A stretch of 64,000 nt of DNA, taken from the NCBI GenBank assembly GCA_964016885.1, contig OZ024745.1:18848001-18912000 (forward strand), in the 5' to 3' direction. Positions within the stretch are counted from its first letter, which is position 1. Each line of letters opens with the position of its first letter. This stretch comes from Eledone cirrhosa. Lineage: Eukaryota. Shown piece after piece: positions 52,284 to 64,000 of the stretch. Under the pieces are notes generated by a model that was not told where the DNA came from, did no database searches, and was given only the letters and a program-made list of their open reading frames with translations. The position numbers and the translations under genes are program-made.

Positions 52284-54232
52284 GGAAAAAGTAAGACCCC
52301 GAGGCAGAGCTCAAGCCGTTTCGACGGCTATTTCTGGATTAAATTACAAATTTTAGCCTGGTGAATAAATAGCCGAACTAGTCAAGGGGGTACTTCCTTA
52401 TATGGGAAGATTGTAGTTGTCAAGAGGATTGGTTAAAATTTGTTGTAAACACAAATAAGTCTAACATGGCATTTGGTGGGAGGTAGGGGAGGCTGAACTT
52501 GCCTGTAGAACAATAGGGGAGTGAGTGGAGCGGTCAAGCGTTGAAAGTGATATGTATACAGCAGATGTTAAGGATAGTGTATGAAGTGGAAAAGGGAGAT
52601 TATAGAATAGGTAAATCGAATGAGAGTAGGAGACAATAAAAGATAATAGAAAGAAATAAAATAATATATAAAATTAGATAGTGAGAAATGAATAAAAAAA
52701 ATCACAATGCTATCTTACAATTACAGGTTAATAAGTTGAGAATAGAAAATAACTTGTAGAAATTGAGTAGTAACAAAACTGATACAAAATTAAAGGGGTT
52801 TAACACGTCTGCTATAAGTAGTTAGTAAAACGTATTCGGCCAATTCTATCTTAAAATTACAGGGGTGGGGGAACTGATGCTACAGAGGCCCGATGGGCTA
52901 CATCGGGGTAGGCGAAAGGGGAAAAGCAGACGAGGAAGAAAATAGGGGGTGGAAGGAAGTGATAGGATGAGACAGGGGGAACAAGAAGACAATGAGGAAA
53001 AGAAAAGAAAAGAGATACATCTACCTATGTAAGCTGGGGTTTCTCCTAACTTATTCAGCAAGTGGGGGGGCATCAGCCCTTGTCTACCCACCCGGGTTGT
53101 TATGGGGTTTGAGGGTGAGGTAAGTCCTACGCAATCTATGTTTGCATGCGGTTACCAGTTCGTCTTTCTTGTTTAGGAGTTGGTCCTTCGTAAACAGCAT
53201 TTGTAATGTTTCCTCCGAGCATAAGTTACACGGACGGCGTCCTCCCGTGTAAGAGTTAGCTCTGGACAGTAAGCTCCAAGTGAGATTGTAGGTTATATTA
53301 TTATCTTGGAGGTCCCAGATGTGCCCGAAAATGTAGTGGCATGTCGCCGGACCGGGTTTCGGAAAGTATGTCGGTGCTGGTAGAGCCGGGTCTTGAAGTC
53401 AAACGCGGTTAATCCTATATAAGCTTTGTTAGAGGTGTCCATCCTCACGTTGCACTGGTAGATCACGTTACGTTCTCGGCATTTGTTGTTGAGGGGGTAC
53501 GTAGATCTATCAGGGCAGTTACACCTGGTCGGCTCTCCACTGATGTCTAGGTTATTTCTTCCATGGGGGTTGAGTTTTTTGTTGTTTGAGGAGACGATGT
53601 TTTGTGCGAAGTTAGGTGTGGTGCTGTAGGAGAGTTTGATGGTGTTTTTGTTGATTATGTTGTGGTAGCGGTGTTGTAGTGGGAAGTGTTATTCGAGGAG
53701 TCTAAAGAAGATTTTCCCGATAGGTGTTGCCACCTCGCCATTATGGGGAGAATTGTACCACGTTACGTTGCATGAGCGGCAGTATCGCCTGCTGGTTCCG
53801 CTAAGGGAAGCTGGATGAAAGGATATTTCCTCCTGGAAGCCACTCCGGTTGAGGGCCTGGTTGTAATGAGGTGCATGTTCGTCGAATATCTGCTCATTAG
53901 CGGACAAACGAGATATGCGGAGGGAGAAATGTTTAACCAGGTTATTGGTGATGTTTCTAGGATGGTTAGAGCGGCGGTGGATGTAGTGCAGGTTGTCGTT
54001 TGGTTTTCTGTATGGGTAGTACAGATCATTTTCGAGGTTACGGGTAACGTCCAGGAAATTTACTCGGGTTAGGGACGTTTGTAGAGTGATTTTAAATCCC
54101 CAGTCCCGGAAGAAGTTGATTAGTTGTTTACGGACCCGGTCTGTACTACTGGGGTTGTACCCTTTGAGGGTGAAGAGCCCATCATCCAAGTACAATCCAC
54201 CGCCGAATGCAGGAAACATTTCGGTGAGTTTA
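52282..54232 (-). mobile_element. 5'-truncated Penelope-like element PLE3 (same RT type as PLE1), ending in the family X pLTR
   Basis: GGLYLDDGL, FLDVT, SNHPR, ERNVIYQC..AYIGL and LLNKKDELVTACKH; the 3' UTR ends in a degenerate hammerhead at 52296-52392, then (TA)n. Confidence 0.9.
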
Positions 54233-54282
54233 AATAAATATATATATACCTAATGATTAAATGATTTAAATAAATATATATA

Positions 54283-54342
54283 TATACCTGATGATATCAC
54301 CGGATTCATACTGAACCCGGTCATTGAAACGATCATAGTATA
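54283..54342 (+). ncRNA. Type I hammerhead motif in a pLTR-like insert (54235-54535)
   Basis: TATAC-CTGATGA-..ACCGG..CCGGT..-GAAA-C-GATC-A-TA^GTATA; one stem III mismatch. Confidence 0.65.
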
Positions 54343-54529
54343 ATAAACCTTTCAAGGATTTACACCAGTCCAGCCTCCTGTTATATTACAATAATTATCT
54401 CCGTACTCGCACCACCAACTACACAAACGAAGACGGGTGAGTTGCATTACGTTGAGTACTATCCATAATATTACATCGAGATTAACCATATGGAATGACC
54501 AGTTCTATCCAGTCCTGAACCAACTAACC

Positions 54530-54582
<53 letters not shown>

Positions 54583-54821
54583 TTGCGAGGTTTTTGATAT
54601 GAAATCGTGTGTCGAAACAAATATTGTTATACTTGGGGAGGGTCCTATTTGTGTAATATTGCCAGAATTAATAACAGAACACACTCACTGTTTGGTTGGA
54701 TTTCGCTTTTCGCTTCTGTATCTTTTATATCGGTAATCTAATTTATTCGGTCCTCAATGTTGCCATTGACTGACCAACGGTCAAAAATACAAATACAATA
54801 TAGACACAAACACATATATAT

Positions 54822-55525
54822 AGTTTATCAAAGTTCTTTCGTTGCACATCTGCAACATCGTCAGTGGTGCTATTGTTTCCTCCCGTTGCATTGTATTTTC
54901 TACGCCATCTTTATTTAGTCTGTTTATATATTTATTTATTTGTTTTGTTTTTTATCTTCTTTGTTTGCGCATGCGTTTGCGTGTGTTTATAGTGTTTTGT
55001 TTGATGTGTGTTTGTGATTGGGTGACTGTGTATTGGTTAATGTATCTATCTTTGCTAGTGTGTGTTTATATGTGTTTGTTGTTATTCTGCTTGTGTATGT
55101 ATTTATTTATTTATCTATTTATTTATTTATTTATACTTCTCTTAGGTCAGTGTTGTTTGTTTGGGTGTTGTTGTTATTCCATTCATTTTTTCTGTTTAGC
55201 CTTGGCCTTCTAAGTTCTATTTCACTGGCCTCTCTGATTTGCCTATCTGCTGGGTCATTTCTATGTTTAGATATTATTCTAATTTCTATGTTGTCTATGT
55301 TACCGTCATGTTGTTGTCTGGCATGTTCGTATAGTACTGAACCGTTTTTTCGTCCTTTTAGTTCCCCCCAGTGTTGGTCTATCCTTTCACCTATGCTACG
55401 AGCTGTCTCGCCTACGTATGTTGTTGTCATGTTTCTGCAAGTACCCTCTGTACATCTTATGCTATAGACTACGTTTCTAGTTTTACAGTTTATCCGGGGG
55501 TTTACCTTACATATGATACATTTTA
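54822..55525 (-). mobile_element. PLE4 3' fragment: GIY-YIG domain, 3' UTR and hammerhead-like motif at 54826-54869
   Basis: NCKTRNVVYSIRC..TYVGETARSIGERIDQH..LNRKNEW; CTGACGA-T-GTTGCA gatg TGCAAC-GAAA-GAAC-TT. Confidence 0.8.
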
Positions 55526-55793
55526 GGAATCTTCTGAAACTAAAAAAAAATCAATCAGGAAGACAGGAAGACGATACTTTGGTTCGTGAAGACGTTCCCT
55601 GGCAATGAACGGAAAAAAGCGAAGAAAATACGTTGTTATGTGGATCCTTGAGAACAATTATACGCAAAGACAAAAACACGTTTTTCGAAATATTTACTTC
55701 TGCGTTCACAGATTGATTTTTTTGTTTCAGAAGATCCCGTTAAGGGTGAAAGCAGCGATTCTTTGCTTAAACTTTAATCTGTTTTTTTAATAA

Positions 55794-55857
<64 letters not shown>

Positions 55858-56002
55858 CTTATCAATACAGAATGGGTAACCGAGACTGCAGCAATGTGTA
55901 TATAAATATACACATGTCTAACATGTAGTCATGTAAACATGCCAGAAAATACGTATTTCCCTGTAAATTGAGAAAATGATAAACACCTCTAATCTTAATG
56001 AG

Positions 56003-56044
<42 letters not shown>

Positions 56045-56045
<1 letters not shown>

Positions 56046-56243
56046 CGAAGGAAATGTGGTAAGGAACCAGGTGGACCATAACGCACCAAAGTACTCAATA
56101 CTTAGGGTAGTAGAGTGGGTAATAGGAACGAGTAGCACCCCGACGGCTGAGCTCAAGCCGTTTCGACGGCTAATTCTGGACATAATTAGTCCAGAATTAG
56201 CCGTCGAAACGGCTTGAGCTCAGCCGTCGGGGTCCTACTCGTT

Positions 56244-56249
<6 letters not shown>
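56045..56249. mobile_element. Fold-back insert, family X
   Basis: Centre near 56185; TA-flanked. Confidence 0.87.
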
Positions 56250-56337
<88 letters not shown>

Positions 56338-56664
56338 CATAGATGTGTGTGTATGTATGTATGTGTGTATTTATAAAAGCTTTACGGCACAGGCATTGCT
56401 TTATATCTGGAGATCTCTCTGCACTTGTCGTCACATGGTACCATGGGCCCAGCACTATGTGTCAATAATTGTCACAAGTGTAGTGTTTGTACCAGAGTTT
56501 TCAAGTTGCTGGCTTGACTAAAAAGTCACACTCGTTCAGCGCATCGGTAGGGGTTCTCCTACATAGATATAAAGTAGTGGCCGTACTCGAAAACGAGTTG
56601 GCAGCGACCATTTATGTATCTATGTATGTATGTACGTATATATGTATGGTGTATGTATGTATAT

Positions 56665-57072
56665 ACGCTCATATATATGTTCTTCTGGTTTTATAATTTT
56701 ATAAATGTTTGCCAATAAAGAGTGTCGGTTTCTAAGAGCAACACAAGACTCTTTCATTGGGAGTTATACAACATTAACTTGGTAGATATGTCTGCAAGTC
56801 TATGAATGTTCTTCTGTCTTTATAATTTCACAAATTTTTGCCAATAGAGAGAGAGTCGGTTACCTTACATAGATACAAGACTCTCTCATTGGAATTTACA
56901 CAACATCAACTAGGTAGATATGTCTGCATGTCTGCATGCATACATGTGTAGATATGGATGTTATTGTATGTGTGGATGTGTATGTTTTGAATTATATGTG
57001 TGCATTGTATCTGTACATTTATTAGATGCAAAAATTTTGGAATGTTTTACATATTTTTACTGTTCCATTATG
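56665..57072 (-). mobile_element. Two tandem 5'-truncated 3' ends of the R4-type family
   Basis: HNGTVKICKTFQNFCI and 3' UTR sequence homologous to 4035-4307, present twice. Confidence 0.85.
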
Positions 57073-57552
57073 TATGTATATATGCAAGTCTATGTATGTA
57101 TGTTGATCTTTTCTTCTTTTGGGGTTATAGCTGCCGTCGCTCAGGGAGTGGGATTGGCTCCGTGCACAGTCTTTCTTCATTTTAAAAAAATTTGCACACA
57201 GGCATTGCACGATGGAATTAACTAATAATTACTAATAATGGTATATCGTGCAATGGCCATACTCGATAACGAGGGGCAGCCATCGTCATCATCATGTATG
57301 TATGTAAAAATATAAAGGAATGATGCAACAAGTGGGCAAGATATATGCATAAAACATGAGTGTATGAATAATGAAACAGTTTATGTTGTTTCAGGTTACA
57401 CTCATTATCGAAGCAGAATAGAAAAAGAAAGCAATAAGATCGAAATTTTAAAAGGTTTTAAAACGATACCAAACGATGCTGATCAGATTTGTTTCGAATG
57501 GTTACATCGTGCAAAGTATGTATATACATATATGTATATATATTTGTGTGGT

Positions 57553-57599
<47 letters not shown>

Positions 57600-57603
<4 letters not shown>

Positions 57604-57720
57604 AACAAATATGACCCGACGGCAGAGCTCAAGCCGTTTCGACGGCTATTTCTGGACTCTACTATTGAGTACTTTGGTGCGTTATGGTCCATCTGGTTCC
57701 TTACCACAATTCCTTCGTTA
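57600..57720. mobile_element. Family X fold-back with internal deletion
   Basis: One arm joined to the distal part of the inverted arm; TA-flanked. Confidence 0.78.
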
Positions 57721-57737
57721 TATATATATATATATAT

Positions 57738-58240
57738 CTAGAGCAGGTAAAATTCCCGAGATCCATGGACGAGTTCTCTCCAGCGGTCTCAGTCCTTCAT
57801 TATCGCTGCCATGTCCTGCGTCTCCAACAGACCAGTGTCTGTCCTTAGGGTATCAACATACGTTAACCTTGGTCTTCCTCTTCCAGTGTGTCCATGTAGA
57901 GGCTCCCACAGGAGCACTGAGCGCAATGTCAACTCTGGATGTCGGTGAGCATGTCCAGCTAACCTCAGTCTCCTCTGTGTCACATTTGAGCTGGCTTTTT
58001 GGAGGCTCCCATACAGCTCTGAGTTTTTCATCCTCAGTGTATACTGATTAATGTTCAGAGCCATCCTCAGCATTCTCGTGTAGCATCTATCCAGCATCTG
58101 AGTGAGTTTCTTGGTCAGTGTCCAAGTCTCAGACCCATACAGCAGCACAGACTCCACTACAGCAATGAAGAGGCGGGTTTTCAGGTCTTTACGAAGGTCC
58201 GACTTCCACACCGATCTCAAGCTGTGGCACGCCGCCCAAC
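57738..58240 (-). mobile_element. RTE-type LINE 3' fragment
   Basis: VESVLLYGSETWTL..RMLR..RRLRLAGH..LWEPLHG..GRPRLTYVD. Confidence 0.8.
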
Positions 58241-58273
58241 CACATCATCTTCCGTATTCCCAATCTTTGCTCC

Positions 58274-58338
<65 letters not shown>

Positions 58339-58340
58339 TA

Positions 58341-58473
58341 GTCGGGACCCGACGGCTGAGACGTTGCCGTTTCAACAGCTAGTTCTAAATTCATTGCCGA
58401 AGGACTTGGCGGCGATTTACTGGCTATATCATCAAGGTTGAAACGGAGAGAGGTCAGCCGTGGGGTCCCGACT
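58341..58473 (-). ncRNA. Family X-related hammerhead (58346-58438 minus) with short fold-back arm
   Basis: ACC-TTGATGA-TATAGC..GCTGTT-GAAA-CGGC aacgtctca GCCG-TC^GGGT; the 3' half is repeated inverted at 58437-58472. Confidence 0.65.
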
Positions 58474-59296
58474 CTTTAAAGTGTGTGTGTGTGGGGGGGG
58501 GGTTCTGGATTCGATCATCCTGTATTGCATTTTTAGCAAGTAGATTCTACCGCAACTTCGCATTGTGATTGAAATTTGGTGGATGAAATCTATGCGGAAG
58601 CCCATTATACATACACATGTGTCCATTTATTTGTGTCTGTATATGTGTTTACATTTGTAACCCGATGATACGTCTCGCTCTGACAAAGTGCAACCTTTCG
58701 ATGAATAGAGAGATCAATGAAATAATTGTGAAAATGAAATTGATACCCAGCTCGATATGATCATTAAACCGTCGAAGCCGAGGCTCCAGTATGACGACAG
58801 TCTAAATATTGAAACAAGGAATCAAAGAATAAAAAGTATATTTTTTTACAATTCTAAGAAAGCCGAATAAATTATAACCTAAACTAAAATTATTATTATT
58901 TTAAAACATACTGAGAATTAATTAATATTTTTTTCATCTATTTTCAAAAGTTAAACTAAAACACACACACGCATACAAACACACATATACAAACGCACGA
59001 ACATACACGCGCACACACATGCACACACAATAAATGAAAAGGTTTTTTTTTAAAGATAGATTTTTTTTTAGATAAAAAGTAACTAAAAATATGAAAATAT
59101 ATGTAAAATTAAAATGGAAAAAAACTCATGCGTTATATTTGTAAAATATTAATAAATGTAGATAACTGAAAATAGTTTTAAATGATTTTATATTTGTTAA
59201 TTACTAATTCCACATCTATTTTTTTTCTTTTCACATTACAAACATGAAACGGCAGCCATGATAAATAAGAAAGCAGTTATAGAAATAGATGACGTG

Positions 59297-59398
<102 letters not shown>

Positions 59399-59979
59399 CG
59401 TATATATATATATATATGTATGTATATATATATATGTGTTTATGTGTGTGTAGAGAGAGAGAGGAAGGGAGAGAGGGCTATAGATATATATATATATACC
59501 AAAACAATGAAGAAGAAAAGAAAATGAAATAAATTATGGTAGTAAATTGCAGGTAATTAGATGGAAATAGGTTTATAAAATAATGAGAGAACGACTGGCA
59601 CCGATCCATATAGAAGTGTTTCATAATTAAATGACATCTACAGAATTACTTAAATGGAAAAGCTAAGAAGTAAAAAAAAAACGATTTCTTTGAGACGGTG
59701 AAAAGACACGAAAATATATTCGATTCTATTTCAAAAGATAACAAAAATATCAACAAGTTGAAAGCTTTTTACTGTGTTTTTTACATTGTTTTGAGGGGGG
59801 GGGGGGGGCTCGTTTGTTCTATTTCAATATTTACTACTTTATCATAATTATTCTTTTACTTTCAGTCGTTACATTACGTTAATGCTTGGGCACCGTATTA
59901 AAGATATTTACTCCATCCTACCGGCCCCTGTATTTATGTTTTTAATCAAACTGCTATACCTGCGCATACACACTCTTAA

Positions 59980-60165
59980 TAACTGTTTCTAAATTTGGCA
60001 CTTAGCCAGCAATCACCCAGTACATTACTGATACTTTATTTTATCGACCCCGTAAGGATGACAGGCAAAGTTAACCTCGGCAGGATTTGATCTCAGTCTG
60101 TAAAGGGACGTAACTATGCTGGAAAGCATGGCGTCCGACTCTCTACCGATACTGCCAATCCACCG
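59980..60165 (-). mobile_element. S1 SINE
   Basis: Same layout as 4665-4844. Confidence 0.85.
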
Positions 60166-60857
60166 ATTTGTTTTCACTAACATGTAATTACTTGAGCTAT
60201 AGACATAGTATGTTTGCATTGCCTCTTCTCCTTTAAAAATCTATGAGATACTGACTACGTAAAAAAAATCAATAATTTCTATCTACTGGAGGACATGTGA
60301 TTAGTTTTGGCAGGCCTGACAATATACTTCACTCAATAGGTGCCAGTCGTATCGTTGGTATTTATGTTATCGATTTCTAGATGAGATGAAAATTAAAGTT
60401 GACCCCCAAAGAAATTTTAACATGGAGAATTGAAAGAAGTAGATGGTGTAAATCACCAGGATTGCCCCTGTACAGATTCTGCCAGTTACTGTCAACAGTA
60501 AACACCATTATATTTGAAAGCTCCTCGCATTTTATGGCGATCAAGGTGACAAGTTTAGAATAAATATTCATAAATCAAGCCTAGCTCACGATTAATCTAT
60601 TTGCATTCCTTTAGATCGATAATTCATTAACACTCACACCAACCGACTGCTTATAAAAGTATCTATGAAATGTATAATTTTCGGAGTTCACATTGATCAG
60701 ATTCAATGAAAAACAGGATGAGCCGTAAAGTCCATCTTCGAGTGTTACAGTGCAAATCTAGTTTAAAATATAATCTTGAATCACTGCCCAGATAACTTTG
60801 TATTTTGTTTTTCTGTTTAATATATTCTTAGTTTATCGCAACCATTTCAAGATCAAC

Positions 60858-60923
<66 letters not shown>

Positions 60924-60952
60924 CACACACATATAATATATTTATACATATG

Positions 60953-60984
<32 letters not shown>

Positions 60985-61010
60985 TATGTTCATGCATATA
61001 TATATTTATT

Positions 61011-61297
61011 TATATTATTCAAAATATTAACAAATGAAAAATATTCTCATAATCAAAATATATACTTTATTATATATATTTCAGAGCTATTGTGTTGTTT
61101 TTTCAATACGTCCTCATCAGACAAATAATACTGGAATTGAATAATCAAGACTGTTGCGGTATGTCATATATCAAATCACATATTTGTCTGCTGAGGACGT
61201 ACTGAAAAAACAACATAGTGCCTCTGAAATATATATGATAAAGTATATATTTTGATTATGAGAATATTTTTCATTTGTTAATATTTTGAATAATATT
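61011..61297. mobile_element. Older family Y-like fold-back with hammerheads (61066-61125 minus has an intact core; the plus copy is mutated)
   Basis: Minus: TTTGT-CTGATGA..GAAA-TATATA-TA^ATAAA. The plus copy reads CTGCTGA and has TG at the cleavage site. Confidence 0.75.
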
Positions 61298-62901
61298 AAA
61301 AACTCCAGGAAAACTTTTCTAATCTATTGTAAAATTGTATTCAATGAGTAATCAACGAACCATACTTATATATGTATGTATATATATATATATATATATA
61401 TATGAATGTATGTATAGTATATTTGGCAATATAACGTACATTCATGTATACATCGGTATTTCAGAGCATCAATCCTTATATATATATATATATATATATT
61501 GTTATACTTTGGGAGGGTCATGTTGCCAATAAGAAACACACGCACCAGTTGCTTTCACTTCAATTTATTATAATAAATTTATAAATTTAGGAATTTATAA
61601 ATTTCCGGTTGGTTGGTTCCACAACCAGATGATTGTTTATATTTGGGGATCGTCATGATCGTACCATATGATTTTCACTTTATCTTTATCACCAGTTATC
61701 CGTTAGATCATCAAACTTCTTTTGTCACACATTCTATTACCTCCTTAATTACTATCTCTTTTCTTTTGTACCTCCTCTTCTTTCTGGTTTTAATCTGCTA
61801 CTCCATCTTAACTGTCTGGAAAATATATTTTCAAGGTTTTTTAAAGAAAGTAATATTAAAAAGTCAAAATGGTGACTCTATTACAACAAAAGCACGAACT
61901 TCAAGCCAGTTTCTTATAGTCTTCTGGCGATGGGTTTTTACACCCTAAATATTAGGAGAGATACATAAAATAACAGGTGAGACACTGTCGTTTTCGTTGC
62001 TTTCAATTTCTTCCAAAATCTAACGTCGATTTTGCATTGTTGTAGCCTTCAATTAACTTAGTACTTTATCAAAATTATATTTAGTTTATTATATTTGCTC
62101 CATTTTATTGTTTATTTTGTACGTTTTATACAGATATTTCATCATTCTTTTCTTTTCTTTTTTTTTTTCTTCAATTACTTATCTGGCCAGGAATCGTCAT
62201 TATAGAAGCCATGAGATATTGTGGACTATATGTGAGATATGCATCTCTCAAGAGAAGAAGAATTATCTTTTACTTTTTTTTACATTATTAAAGCAATACT
62301 TTTGAATCTATTAATAGGTGCTGCCACCATATCCACGTGCTGTCTAATCCGTGTCATTAACTAGTTTATGATATATTAACTAGTTTATGACATTTGTTTT
62401 GCTTCGGGTCACGTAGATAAATATATAATTAGTGAGAACAGATTCGAACATACCAATCTTAATTCATCTCCTGAACTATAAATATATCATATGTAATCTG
62501 TATTTTGAAAGAAATGAAATGAAATCAATAGTTACAGATTTGGTATTGCTTATTTACATTTTTCTTCTCTTGCGTCCCTGCTGACAATACCTCGTCAGAT
62601 AACTAATTTTAAAAGATATGTAGGAAAGGAGGTGAAATATTGGTATTCACAGACAAAATATAGAGAATAAAATTGACTAAGCACAATGAATTAAATGTGA
62701 TTTTGGTGTCAGTTTCTTTAAAAATCTTTAAAATATTTTCTAACCAGTTAGCACCATATGTTTCAAACCAATGAAATACAAGCTACCGCTTGCGTAAATA
62801 AATACACACATATATATGTGTGTGTGTATATGTGTGTGTGTGTATATATATACATATACATGCATATATTCATATATATATATATATACATATATATATA
62901 C

Positions 62902-62933
<32 letters not shown>

Positions 62934-62973
62934 GCAAGTATGTATGTATACATATATATACATATATATATGC

Positions 62974-63050
<77 letters not shown>

Positions 63051-63112
63051 CAAGTATGTATGTATACATACATACATACATACATACATACATACATACA
63101 TACATACATACA

Positions 63113-63143
<31 letters not shown>

Positions 63144-63493
63144 CAATGTCTATTATATATATATTTCAATTGAATAGTCTTTAGTTGCGGTTCGATAGCC
63201 TGTTTGTGGAAAGGGAAATTGGAAATAGTTGTTAAAAGCGTAATTATCTTTCTATCCAGCTGAGAATTTCCACATCATGCAGGTGATGTTGATAAAGAAA
63301 AGTCCATCAATTCACTCCAACATTTTACGCAACAACAGTTTATTGGCTCCGATAAGCAATGATAAACATCTTATTTGCTTTTCATAATAAGCCTTTAAAT
63401 TTACCTGAAATATATATCATACATACAATGCATATATATATATAAATTCACCTGAAATATATACATTCATACAATGCATTCAAACGTATATAC

Positions 63494-63542
<49 letters not shown>

Positions 63543-63558
63543 TGTGTGTGCGTGTGTG

Positions 63559-63652
<94 letters not shown>

Positions 63653-64000
63653 AATACATTGTACATACAGACAAAGGTAAAAAAAGAGAGACAACAATGC
63701 AACTTGTATAATCTCCGGCCTCATGAGGTCCTAGGTTTGGGAAAGAAAGAAAGAAAGAAAGAAAGAAAGAATGAATGAATGAATGAATGAATTAGTGAAT
63801 TAGTGAATGATTAATTTTATATATATTCATATATGTATGCATATATTTACATATAAGTGTCTTTGCCTAAGTGTGTATGCATACATATAAATACACAGTG
63901 AACGTTTGAATGTGTCTTTGCACATATCAACTCATATATCTGATGAGATGTCGAGGACGATTCGCGTGCTGGTCATTATAACTGTACTCTGAGCTGATCG

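Overview
Gene-free, AT-rich animal DNA. The SINE type and extreme microsatellite load suggest an octopus-like cephalopod, which is an inference. Nearly all ORF-track entries are microsatellite artefacts. The window contains: (1) a near-full-length but disrupted R4/Dong-type RLE non-LTR retrotransposon in a (TACA)n tract; (2) four Penelope-like elements (PLEs; three with RT plus C-terminal GIY-YIG, one a GIY-YIG-only 3' fragment), all bordered by (TA)n; (3) fragments of CRE, RTE and CR1 LINEs, many tRNA-derived SINEs, mariner-type MITEs and minisatellites. The main unexplained structure is a set of more than ten non-coding fold-back (palindromic) inserts in (TA)n tracts. Most carry type I hammerhead ribozyme motifs, and two families trace to the 3' ends of PLEs in this same window. 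One is a 592-nt tandem-plus-inverted unit with three intact hammerheads showing the compensatory U3-A8 core (UUGAUAA), a retrozyme-like candidate. All motifs and folds were read by eye; no database search or folding program was run.
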